This document shows positions 9,521 to 21,500 of a DNA stretch of 64,000 nt, one piece after another (position 1 is the stretch's first letter; every line of letters begins with the position of its first letter). Position numbers and translations under genes: made by a program. Source of the DNA: Leucoraja erinacea (taxonomy: Eukaryota). Below the pieces are notes generated by a model, which was not told the DNA's origin, ran no database searches, and worked only from the letters and a program-made list of their open reading frames with translations. Location: positions 3,844,001 to 3,908,000 of the forward strand of contig NC_073406.1 in NCBI RefSeq assembly GCF_028641065.1, given 5' to 3'.

Positions 9521-12500
9521 ATTCGCCAAAGCATAAAATAATATTCTCTGCTTATGTTCCCGTTACTGAAAATGATGAGACTCAAGTGACCAGAACATCA
9601 CCCAGAGTCCATTATATCAAACATCTACTGAAAATTAACTATATATGCATTTCAGCGGCTTGCAAATATTAAATTATTTTATATTGATTATAAAGCGGGC
9701 TTTTGAAAGTTACCGGATTCCTCTGCTGATCTGTGCAGGGCCTCAGCCAGCTCCTGATCCGCTAGTTCTTCGGGCTGAAGATCATCTCGTGGCATGCCGT
9801 ATGCCATCCGGGCACAGTCTGGCAGTTCTGCTTCAGATAAGAAGCGTGTCTCTGTTCCTGTGGTGCCAATGACCAGCACGTTACGCTTCAGGTCGATGGA
9901 ACACTGCCACGGAGCAGAAAGGGAGAGAGAGCAGAATATAAAACAATGTCAATTCAACTCGTTGTTCCAAAGAGCCAATAGAAAGATCTTCAGAATTGGT
10001 TTAGGTAGGAACTGCAGGAGCTGGTTTACACCAAACATAGTGTTGAAGAAGGAACTGCAGATGCTGGAAAATCGAAGGGGCCTCGACTCGAAACGTCACC
10101 CTTTCCTTCTCTCCCTTCACAATTAGTTTATCTCATTGTGCAATAAAATGGTGTCAGTACACAGGAGTATAAGATCAGCACGGGTAATTGGCCCCAGTGA
10201 ATTTTAAGAAAATATGTTTAATAAACACTCCCGCGCTGAGCCTTGTGATGCTTGATGTGCTCTGTAAATGCAAGTTCCAGTTGTACAATTGTGCAAATGT
10301 GCCTAGTCGAGTAAAAGTCGTGGAATTATAGTCGCGGAACAGTGGTGCAATTCTACCTGCCATTTCCCAAACCCCTGCATAACCTCCTCTCTTAGAGAAT
10401 TTATCTCTGTGACTTGGAAATGTTACTTGCCTCTTACCTGATGCCTTTTGAGCATGTCCAGTCCAAGCAACATATCCATCGGCTGATCTTCCAGTAGAGA
10501 GAAGGAGCAAGGGAGAAAGTCGCCTTCAATCTGAATCTGGGCTGTACAATACAATACACTACATCAAATAAAGAGACTGAGCTGAAAGCTAAACACAGCC
10601 TGACACAATTTATCATCTCTATTCCCATTCCATGCCCACAGTATTGTTGCCTAGGTATATGACTTGTTGGTTCAGACTTTTTGCCCACCGAGTCGGTGCC
10701 ACCCAGCGTTCACCTCCGTACACCAACACTGCCTTGCACGCCAGGAACAATTTACAATTTTTACCAAAGCCAATTAACCAACAAACCTGTAGGTCTTTGG
10801 AGGGTAGCAGGAAACTGGAGCGCCCGGAAAAAACCCCATGCCGCACAGGGAGAACAATAAAACTCCGTACAGACAGCACCCGTAGTCAGGATCGAACCCA
10901 GGTCTTTGGCCTGGTGCTCTACTGCTGTACCACCACACTTCTGCTGTCAACTTGAATAATTCTGGTAATGATCACGGTATAACTACTCACCCAGGTGGAC
11001 TCTGCCAATGATTTTTTGTGTTCCAACACCTTTCGCGATCCCCGCCCACCGTCTATCAACCAAGCGCATAATGTTGCACCTCTCCGCGCACGCCTGACTC
11101 ATGATTGTCATCTGTGCCCCTGTGTTAGTGATAAAATACATTCATTAACACATCTGGCTCGCAATTCTGTCATCAGACATCTAAGCAAATAGAATGAGGA
11201 ATCGTCCCCACCCTCTAAGTGTAATTCAACCATTCCAATGTCTTGCCTGGAGATTAGTGATGGTGAACAGATTTTCAATTGCATGGCTGTGCTTTGTAAT
11301 AATAAATACTAATCATGTATTAATGTCTATATTGAGAATATCAGGACAAAGAATCAAGTGGACTCTGAAGAAGGGTCTCGGTCTGAAACATTACCTACTC
11401 CTTTTCTCCAGAGATGCTGTCTGACCCACTGAGTTATTCCAGCTTTTTGCGTCTATCTTCGACTTTTAATGGACTGTTTAGAGGATGTCTATATGTATAT
11501 GGGACAGAAGTTTAGGGGTAATATGAGGGGGAACTTCTTTACGCAGAGAGTGGTGGCGGTGTGGAATGAGCTCCCAGTGGAAGTGGTGGAGGCAGGTTCA
11601 TTAGTATCATTTAAAAATAAATTGGATAGGCATATGGATGAGAAGGGAATGGAGGGTTATGGTACGAATGCAGGCAGATGGGACTAAGGGGAAAAAATTT
11701 GTTCGGCATGGACTTGTAGGGCCGAGATGGCCTGTTTCCGTGCTGTAATTGTTATATGGTTATATGGGAGAGAAAGAATTGACTAACTTTGAACTAAAGT
11801 GTTTCAGAAAGAACTGCAGATGCTGGAAAAATCGAAGATAGACAAAAATGCTGGTGAAACTCAGCGGGTGAGGCCGCATCTATGGAGCGAAGGAATAGGT
11901 GACGTTTCGGGTCGAGACCCGAAACGTCACCTATTCCTTCGCTCCATAGATCCTGCCTCACCCGCTGAGTTTCTCCAGCATTTTTGTCTACCTTTGAACT
12001 AAGGTGTTGTCAAATGAAAAGATTTCATACAATTTTAAAACTGTTATTCAATTATGTATTTTACAATTTCATTACCTTATCAACTTGCTCTTCCCATCTG
12101 TTAAGGTGGACTATCACGAAGCATTTAATAATCACGGGAAAAGCTATAGCAATCTTGACAGATTGAAAGTTGGCTCACTGAACGCTGATTCCTACACGCC
12201 AGGTCCCAATACACCTGGTCTGAAGAAGGGTTTCGGCCCGAAACGTTGCCTATTTCCTTCGCTCCATAGATGCAAAGAGTTGAACAATCTCCACTATAGG
12301 AAATAGGTAACGTTTCGGGCCGAAACCCTTACGGGTTTCGGCCCGAAACGTCGCCTATTTCCTTCACTCCATAGATGCTGCTGCACCCGCTGAGTTTCTC
12401 CAGCACTTTTGTCTCACCTGGTTCTGTTTGCCAATGCTCCTTGGAAACTTACCTGGGCCTAGTTTCCTTGCGCTATCTTTACACTTACTCACTTCACTGG

Positions 12501-15500
12501 AAAATGTATTATTCTAAAGTGTAACATCTAAAAATAAAGTGACTTAGAAAAACATTCGGAGTATTAATACAATCACGTCCACTAGACTGGAAAATCTGAC
12601 TGTTCCAGTACCTCAAGCATGCCAGATTAACAGAGTTTAACAGGATGACATTCATTGTGACAGGCGGTTCAGACATTTACAAGCAGCTTTACAAGTGAAC
12701 TCACCTGAATCTACAAATGCTTTGACTGGGTTCCCATTAACCTTGCAATTGATGTAGAGCATTACCACCTGACCAAAGCTCTCCGGCGATTCTTCCATTG
12801 CAATTGTCATGTTCTCCTCGATGTTCTGCTGTCTACAATAGAAAGCCAGCATTAAGCCAATACTCCAGCCACAAGCCAAATCCAGTCGCTCCTCAAGCAG
12901 AATTTACTAGCCGAGAACATCTGCTGAGATCAATGACCATATAGAGTCACACAGCATAGAAACCGACCTGTCCCACGGAAATGATTTCCACGAGCCTTAA
13001 CTCCATCCTATCCCCGCCTGGTCCAATTTCTCCCGACCTATGTCCAAGATACCTCACATGCCCTTCGAAGGTAGACAAAAATGCTGGAGAAACTCAGAGG
13101 GTGAGGAAGCATTTATGGAGCGAAGGAATAAGTCACGTTTTGGTCGAGACCCTTCTTCAGACTGATGTGGAGGGTGGGGGGGGGGGGGGGGGGGGAAGAG
13201 AAGAAAGGCGAGGCGGAGACAGTAGGCTGTGGGAGAGCTGGGGAGGAGAAGGAGGGAGAAAGCAAGGAGGAAGGAGGGAGAAAACTACATGAAATTGGAG
13301 GTCAATGTTCATTCAGCTGAGGTGTAAACTGCCCCAGCGAAATATGAGGTGCTGCTCCTCCAATTTGCGGTTGGACTCACTCTGGCCATGGAGGAGGCTC
13401 AGGACAGAAAGGTCGGATTCGGAATGGGAGGGGGAGATGAAGTGCTGAGCCACCGGGAGATCAGGTTGGTGAGTGCGGACCGAGCGGAGGTGTTGGGCGA
13501 AGTGATCGCCACGCCTGCGCTTGGTCTCACCTATGTAGAGCAGCTGACACCTAGAGCAGCTGGTGCAATAGATGAGGTTGGAGGAGGTGCAGGTGAACCT
13601 CTGCCTCACCTGGAAAGACTGCTTGGGTAAAAAAAGGTCACCAGCCCTTCGTCTCCCTTAATGACTTCCGCTTTCCGAGCCCCCACTCCATCTTTACGAT
13701 GGACGTTCAGTCACTCTTTACCTCCATCCCCCACCAGGAAGGCCTCTGTTTCTTCCTCAACTGCAGAACCTTCCAATTTCCCTCTACTATCACTCTACTC
13801 CACCCAGCGGAGCTGGTCCTCACCCACAACAACTTCTCCTTTGATTCCTCCACCGCCTCAGGTGGAGGCAGGTGGAGGCAGGTTCTCTGGATGCTTTCAA
13901 AAGAGAGCTAGATAGGGCTCTTAAAAATGGTGGAGTCAGGGGTTATGGGGAGAAGGCAGGAACGGGGTACTGATTGTGGATGATCAGCCTTGATCACATT
14001 GAATAGCGGTGCTGGCTCGAAGGGCCGAATGGCCTACTCCTGCACCTATTTGTCTATTGTCAGACCAAAATCTATTGTTCTGCTATATACAGTGAAATAC
14101 CAGGAGTGCGAAGCAGGAAAACCCAAGAGCTATATTGCAAAGTACCGGATGTCTTCCTCAATTTTGGCCTGTGCCTCCAGGTCAAAGGGGTCGGCATTCA
14201 GAAGTCGGATCCTCTCCTGCTCCCGACGTGCACGCTCCTGCTGCTGCTCTCGAAGAACCTTGGTAAACTTATCTACGGAGAGGAGAGACAAACCAAACTG
14301 AAAACTATTGCTTAGCCACTGAAACGCTGTATTTTATACATGAACTGTGGAGCAAAGAGGATCTATTTCAGCACTGTTTTATTTAGGGCTCAATACATCT
14401 GGGCAAATGGGAGAACTGCTGCAGCCTTGAGCCCTGGTGTCTTCGCGGAGTGCTCTGGTTTGGTCCCACAACCCAACGTTGTGCAGTTTGGTAGGTTAAT
14501 TGGCTATTGGAATTTGCTCCTTGTGTGAATGGCAAATCTGGGGGAATCTTTATGGAAATGTGGGGAGAATAGAATGGGATTCTTGTAGGATTAGTACGGG
14601 CAGATAGATGCGTGATGACCGGCATGGACTCATTGGGCCAAATGGCCTGTTTCGACTACGAAGAGACAATGCCAAGAACAGAGTGAGGAAGACAATTAAA
14701 AAAATTGAATAGAAGTCACACAAACACAGAAGGGCGAACACCACAGATAACAAGACAGAATTTCCATATTCACCAACATCTCCACTAAGAAGTGCATCTG
14801 CTAATGGAGGGTTCCTTTCCTTCAACAGCGAAAGCTCATGTGGATTGGCCAGAAGCATGTCCCGGAGTAACGCTGGGTTATTTTCCAGACTGTGTGGAGG
14901 TGGCACAGCAGGAGCAGAAGCTGCAGAGGTGCTGGGAGTTGGCAGTGGTTGGGGCGCCTGTGATCTAGGAGTTGGCACTGGATTCCCGGGAGCCAGTGAT
15001 CGAGGCACCGAGATACCACTGAAGTCAATCCTGGGAAGTCCTAATGGAGAAAGGAGAGAGAGAAGCATTTAGATTAAACAGTATAAAAACCATGTGTGAA
15101 TCTTGACTGTGTTTATTCACTGCACTGAAAGACAGCATATTAATCAAAGCTGAGGAGCCACGTACACCTCTTGAACAGTAAAAACAAATGATTGTGAGCA
15201 CAAACATTTTGTAAAGTAATATACGATAGGCTCCAACTAAAAGCTAGATTTCCCCCATGGGCATCTTCATCCTCTGGTTGCTGTAACACGGCAATGAACC
15301 CACCATTTTTTATGATTAATTGGCAAAATACAATAGGTAGACAAAACGTTGCCTATTTCCTTCGCTCCATAGATGCTGCTGCACCCGCTGAGTTTCTCCA
15401 GCATTTTTGTCTACCTATTGTATTTTGTTGGGATGGAGTGGGAGGGAGGGGAGGGGATTCGAAGTAGTAAATACAAGGTCTGAGAAGGGCAATGAATTGA

Positions 15501-18500
15501 TAGGCAAAGTTACTAGTGATCCTATGTTCCTATAGGATCTCTCACCTGATACACCTGGAAGTGGTACATTAGACTGCACTGAATCTCTGTCCAACTGTCT
15601 CAACACCAATACATCGCCATCTTTGAGTCCGTACGCTTTCAGTGTCTTACGATCATCTGTTAATGGCCTCTCTGCAAAGATTATCTGAAACAGAAACAAC
15701 ACTCGGATTTAACACTAACACTCAGCACTGCAGATATCGTCTGTATAGAATGTTTACGTTCTCCCTGTGACCTGCGTGGGTTTTCTCAGAGATCTTCAGT
15801 TTCCCCCCCACACTCTAAAGACATACACGCTTGTAGGTTACTTGGCTTAGTAAGATTGTAAATTGACTCTAGTGTGTAGGATGGTGTTAATGTGCAGGTA
15901 TCACTGCTCAGCGCGGACTTGGTGGGCCGAAGGGCCAGGTCTGTGTGCTGTATATCTGCACTAAATTAAACTAATGTTTGGTGATTCTACCATTGGCAGA
16001 CTCTTCAGTCAGACAAAGTCTCATCTCCACCATAGTGTCAATTTCTTGACCAGTGAGAATGTAGGAGAGAAAAAGAAATCTGCAATTTATTTTTGAAATT
16101 CAAAGAAAATATTTTTTTGGAATTTTAATGATTTCCCTCTTCTCCTTGCTTCAACACGAAACAAAGAGATAGATTGTGCCCTCCCCAATGTGTCAAAATG
16201 ATCACAATCAATGCAGATAAAGGAATCTTGAGCAACCAATTCGCCTATCGCCAAAACAGATCCACAGAAGACGCCATTACCGTAGCTCTCCACTCTGTGC
16301 TGAGCCATCTGGAGCAGGGGCAGAGCTACGTCCGGATGCTCTTTGTGGATTTTAGTTCAGCCTTTAATACAATCATTCCGGACATTCTCATTGGTAAACT
16401 GGTCACTCTCGGCCTCCCCACTGCCACATGTGCCTGGATAAAGGATTTCCTCACCAACCGGCCCCAGACTGTGAGACTCGGCCCCACACCTCTCCTCCAC
16501 TCGCAGGTTGAGTACCGGTTCCCCACAGGGCTGTGTGCTAAGCCCCCTCTTATACTGTCTCTACACCTACGACTGTAGTCCGGCCCACAACAACAACCGC
16601 ATCGTCAAATTTGCTGACGACACTACTGTGGTCGGACTTATTTCGAAGGGAGACGAGGCAGCCTACAGAGAGGAAGTCCTGAAGTTGACAACCTAGTGCT
16701 CAGAAAACAATCTGGCTCTGAACACCAGGAAAACAAAAGAGCTCATTGTCGACTTCAGGAGGCACAACACCGACTTAGCCCCCCTACACATCAACGGCGA
16801 GTGTGTGGAGAGGGTCAACACCTTCCGGTTTCTCGGCGTCCATATCGCTGCTGACATCTCCTGGACGGACAACACGACAGCGGTCATCAAGAAGGCTCAG
16901 CAGCGGCTGCACTTCCTGAGGGTCCTCAGGAAGCACAACCTGGACTCTATCCTGCTGCTGACCTTCTACCGCTCGTCCATCGAGAGCCTGCTGACATACT
17001 GCATTACAGCATGGTATGGCAGCTGCACCATGGCAGACAGGGAGAGGCTTCAGAGGGTAACCAGGACAGCGCAGAGGATCATTGGCTGCCCTCTCCCCTC
17101 CCTGATGGACATCTACACCTCCCGCTGCCTTAGCAGGGCAAAGAAGATCATCAAAGACAGCTCCCATCCTGCGTTTGGACTGTTCGACCTGCTGCCCTCT
17201 GGAAGGCGCTATAGGTGCATCAAATCCAGGACAAACAGACTCAGGAATAGTTGCTTTCCGAGAATTATATCTACTATAAATTCAAATTCACACATGCACT
17301 GACTACACCGCCCAACACGGACTTCCATCTGTATATATGTATATATGTATGTAGCGCCGCAGAATTTGTGCACCTATTCCCCCCCCCCCCCCCCCCCATC
17401 TCCCTTCTGTTTTTTGTTTTTTCTGTTTCTTGTTTTTTGTGCTAAATTGTATGTATGCACTGAGTACGAGCAGCTTTCAGTTTCACTGTACTTGTATAGT
17501 GACAATAAATGGCATATCTATATCTAAAACACAAAGTACAGGTTAAGCAACATCTGTGGAGGGAATGATGGTCCACTGTGGTGAATGATGGTCAGAGGGT
17601 GGTGAATCTGTGGAATTTGTTGCCACAGAAGGCTGTAGAGGTAAATCAGTGGATATTTTTACGGTAGAAATAGATAAGATTCTTGATTAGTACAGGTGTC
17701 AGAGGTTATGGGGAGAATGGGGTTAGGAGGGGGAGATAGATCAGCCATGATTGAATGGCAGAGTAGACTTGATGGGCTGAATGGTCTAATTCTATTCCTA
17801 TTCCTTATAACAGGCAACATTTTGGGCTGGGACCATTCTTCAAACTGATTGTAGTTGGGGTGGATGGGGGAGAATTAAAGCTTAAAAAGAGGTGGGGGCG
17901 GGACAAAGCCAGGCAAGTGATAGGTGGATACAAGCAAGGGGGGGTTGTCTAAATTAAACTCTTGTCAAATGAACATTCACTTTGGTAGCCAAAAGTGCTG
18001 GAGAAACTCAGCGGGTGCAGCAGCATCTATGGAGCGAAGGAAGTAGGCAACGTTTTGGCCCGAAACATTGCCTATTTCCTTCGCTCCATAGATGCTGCTG
18101 CACCCGCTGAGTTTCTCCAGCACTTTTGTCTACCTTCGCTTTTCCAGCATCTGCAGTTCCTTCTTAAAGAACATTCACTTTGATTGGGTTGATTTCAAAG
18201 CCACGGCCTATGGGCACCATCTAAGGGTCTCCGTGACAGGGGCCACGTGATTTAAAAACATCCTGGGTAGGACTATCATTTCTTCAAAGCAAGGCCGTGC
18301 TTTCAATAATCAATTCAGGTTCTGAACATTCCTCCACAATTCAACTAAAGCACACAGGAGTTCAGCAGCCGACTATTGACAGTTGCGTTGTCGGCTGAAC
18401 TGCACATTTTTGGCAGGATTGACGACCTACATTCTGCATTTTTTTCAAGATCACAGGCTGGTCTTTGTGGAGGGAATATGGAGCGGAGAGGAAAAAGGCT

Positions 18501-21500
18501 CAATGCACCAAAGCAACAATCTGAATACTTTGAAGTAGAAACTGTAACAGTTTCTCAATTCCAATATCTATGATATCATTCATTAAACAAAATTGTTGTT
18601 AATGAACTGAAATCTTGCACCAATTATACAATTTAGGTTACTTAAATTACATGCTCTCCATGAATAAAGAATGACTTACTTGGTCGAAGAAATATTAATG
18701 GACGCAACCGGTCTCATATCTTCATTGTGATGGGTTCAAATTTCCAGACTGGGTTTTTAAATATTAATTTTGAATATGCTCACAAACTCCGATAAAGGGA
18801 AAATGATAACTTTAATTACCAAGTTTGTATTTAGACAGTATTCTAAAAGTCAATCACAGACATTACATACAGTGCAACACACACAGTGACTGCATGGTGT
18901 GGGGAGGATGACATCCCAGTGAACAGGAGACTGTGACATGGATTAAATGGGAGGCTGCAGTGAGACTGACAGTCAGCAGCGGATGGGAGGGAGGATACCT
19001 GCGAGAGCTTACCATCTAACGGAGATGAGTGGCAGGACTAGAGGTGGCACTGCGTTTCAGAAAGTGACGTGTAACAGGGCAGGAAGCTGATTAGTACGTA
19101 GGGCCAGGTAAGAATTTCCACCAGTTTAACAGTTTGAGCGTGGGTTGGAGTAAGGTAGGGGACCAAGATCGGAGATTCTTAACCAGCAGGTGATGCCTGC
19201 AGCCTGCAAACCCATCCCCATGTCTCCCATGTACAGGGTATCCACTAGTCAGGCATTCATGACCCAGGGGAAGACCTGTAGGTCAGTCAGCCCCTCAGCC
19301 TGCTCTGCCATTCAATAAGACCATGGCCAATCCTATCATTCAGTATTACGTTCTTGCACATATTCATTTTGATGAATACAGTGTGGCCTTCCAGATGTAA
19401 GGAGGAATAGAGATGCATTGGAGTCAGTTCCATTAGGTTCATCACCTCTTCAGTGTAAAATGTCTTCTTATCTGTCCTGAATGGTTGACTCCCATTAATT
19501 TGGAACAGTGAGCTGGACGTTCCTACCAATTTCACATCTGCCCTGACTCGCTCCGTGAATATTTTGATACAAGGATACAGAGACAATTGGTTAGGCTCCT
19601 TCATGGAGGACACATTACCGCTACAGAAAGATACAGATATGTTAAATGAGTGCAAAAGTTTGGTATTCGCTATGATGTGAAGGTTAGAAATGCAGAATAT
19701 TGTTTAAACGGACACTGAAGAATGTTGCTGTACAGAGTGTTCTGGGTATCCGTGTTCGTAAGATTTATTTAGCATTCTGGTAGAGCAAGTACGTAGGAAC
19801 AGAATGTTGATCTTTAATGCAAGGGGACTGAGTATAAAAGTGAGCTTCTGGTAAAACTGTACAGGATGTTAATGAAGCCATGCATGAAGAACTAGATAAA
19901 GTTCTGGACTCTCTATTTAAGCAGGAATATAAATGTATTGGATACAGTTTTGTTGATTCCTGAGATGAGGTGGGTTACTTTCAAGGAAATGTTTACAATT
20001 TTAAGTAAACAGCAATTCTAGCATTATACAACTGACCCTTTCTATTTACATCTCGTTCTGATGGATTACCAGCAAGTTTTAACCATCCAGTTCTGCCACT
20101 ATTCCCATTAGAACACAATTTGCTGGACAAACTCAGGAATTCTGGCAATTTCCATTTAGCAAAATTGCAGACAACGTTTCAGATCAGGATGTTTAAGAAG
20201 GAACTGCAGATGCTGCAAAATCGAAGGTAGACAAAAATGCTGGAGAAACTCTGCGGGTGAGGCAGCTTCTATGGAGGGAAGGAAAAAGGCAACGTTTCGG
20301 GTCAAGACCCTTCTTCAGACTCTTCAGATCAGGATCCTTGTTCAGACTGCACCAGCTGCACTTTCTTGCCTTGTTTAGACTCTCTTGTTATCCACTCAGT
20401 TACAGAGATTCCCATTGTTCTCTTCATCACAGCCTAAAATCTTTACCACAGCCTAAAATCTGTTTGTACTTTCACTTTTCTTAATTCTTTGTTCCACAAA
20501 TGCTGCCTGCCATTAAACTAGCCCGTATTTATGGTATGATTTGCCTGAATAGCGTGTGCCACAGATGTTTTAATGGTAGCTGTGATTTTAAAAAATTACA
20601 ATGTTAATTGGGTTTTTACAGGGTAGATGTTGAAGGGACATTTCCCCTTGTGGGAAAATCTAGTACTAGGAGGCATAGTTTCAAATGTAAGACTGCCCAA
20701 TTTGTGGTATAAGAAATGGTGTTTGAATTTCTTCTGTTAGAAGATTACGATCTTTTGGAATTCTTTGTCCCAGGGATGTGAAGACAGAGTAATTTAACGT
20801 ATTCAAGGCAGTGATAGATTTTTTTAACTGTAGCGGAATCAGGGATTATCATGAAGGAGGAAAGTAGAGCTGAGATCAAGGTCTAATCAGCCATGATCTA
20901 ACTGAATGGCAGAGTAGTTTACTTCCTCCTGCTCCTATTTCACGTGCAAGCTGATTAGTAGGCCAAAACCTCAGGTCAATTAAGAGTCAAACTGGTCTTC
21001 TTTCATTTACTTGATTTAAATTGTGCCAAGGTTGATGTGTAGAGACAGCTGCAGTTATATCTCAGTTTGTAGCTGCAGATGGTTTCTATTGCAAGTTGGT
21101 GGAAGGAAAGAGCGGTAGAAGAGAAATGTAGCCGAATACTACAGCCAGGAATAGGAAAGTTGTTGTATCTATAGCACTGCTGCAAATATATATATATATA
21201 TATACACACACACGAGGTTGTGGATATGCATTCATGAATGTAGGTGCATTTATAACTACATACAGAGTTTACGTATCAGGTATGCTGTCTGCACTCAGAT
21301 ACATATACTATATATCTAAAGTATAATATCTTAACAAAACTGAAGAACTATAGTTCATTAACAAACCATGCAACCTCAACAAAACTCAATCCAATGCATA
21401 CCATTCTGAAGAAGGGTCCCTGCCCAAAACACCGGCCATCTATTCCCTCGACAGATGCTCCATGAGCCGCTCCATTCCTCCTGTATTTTGTGTTTTGCTA

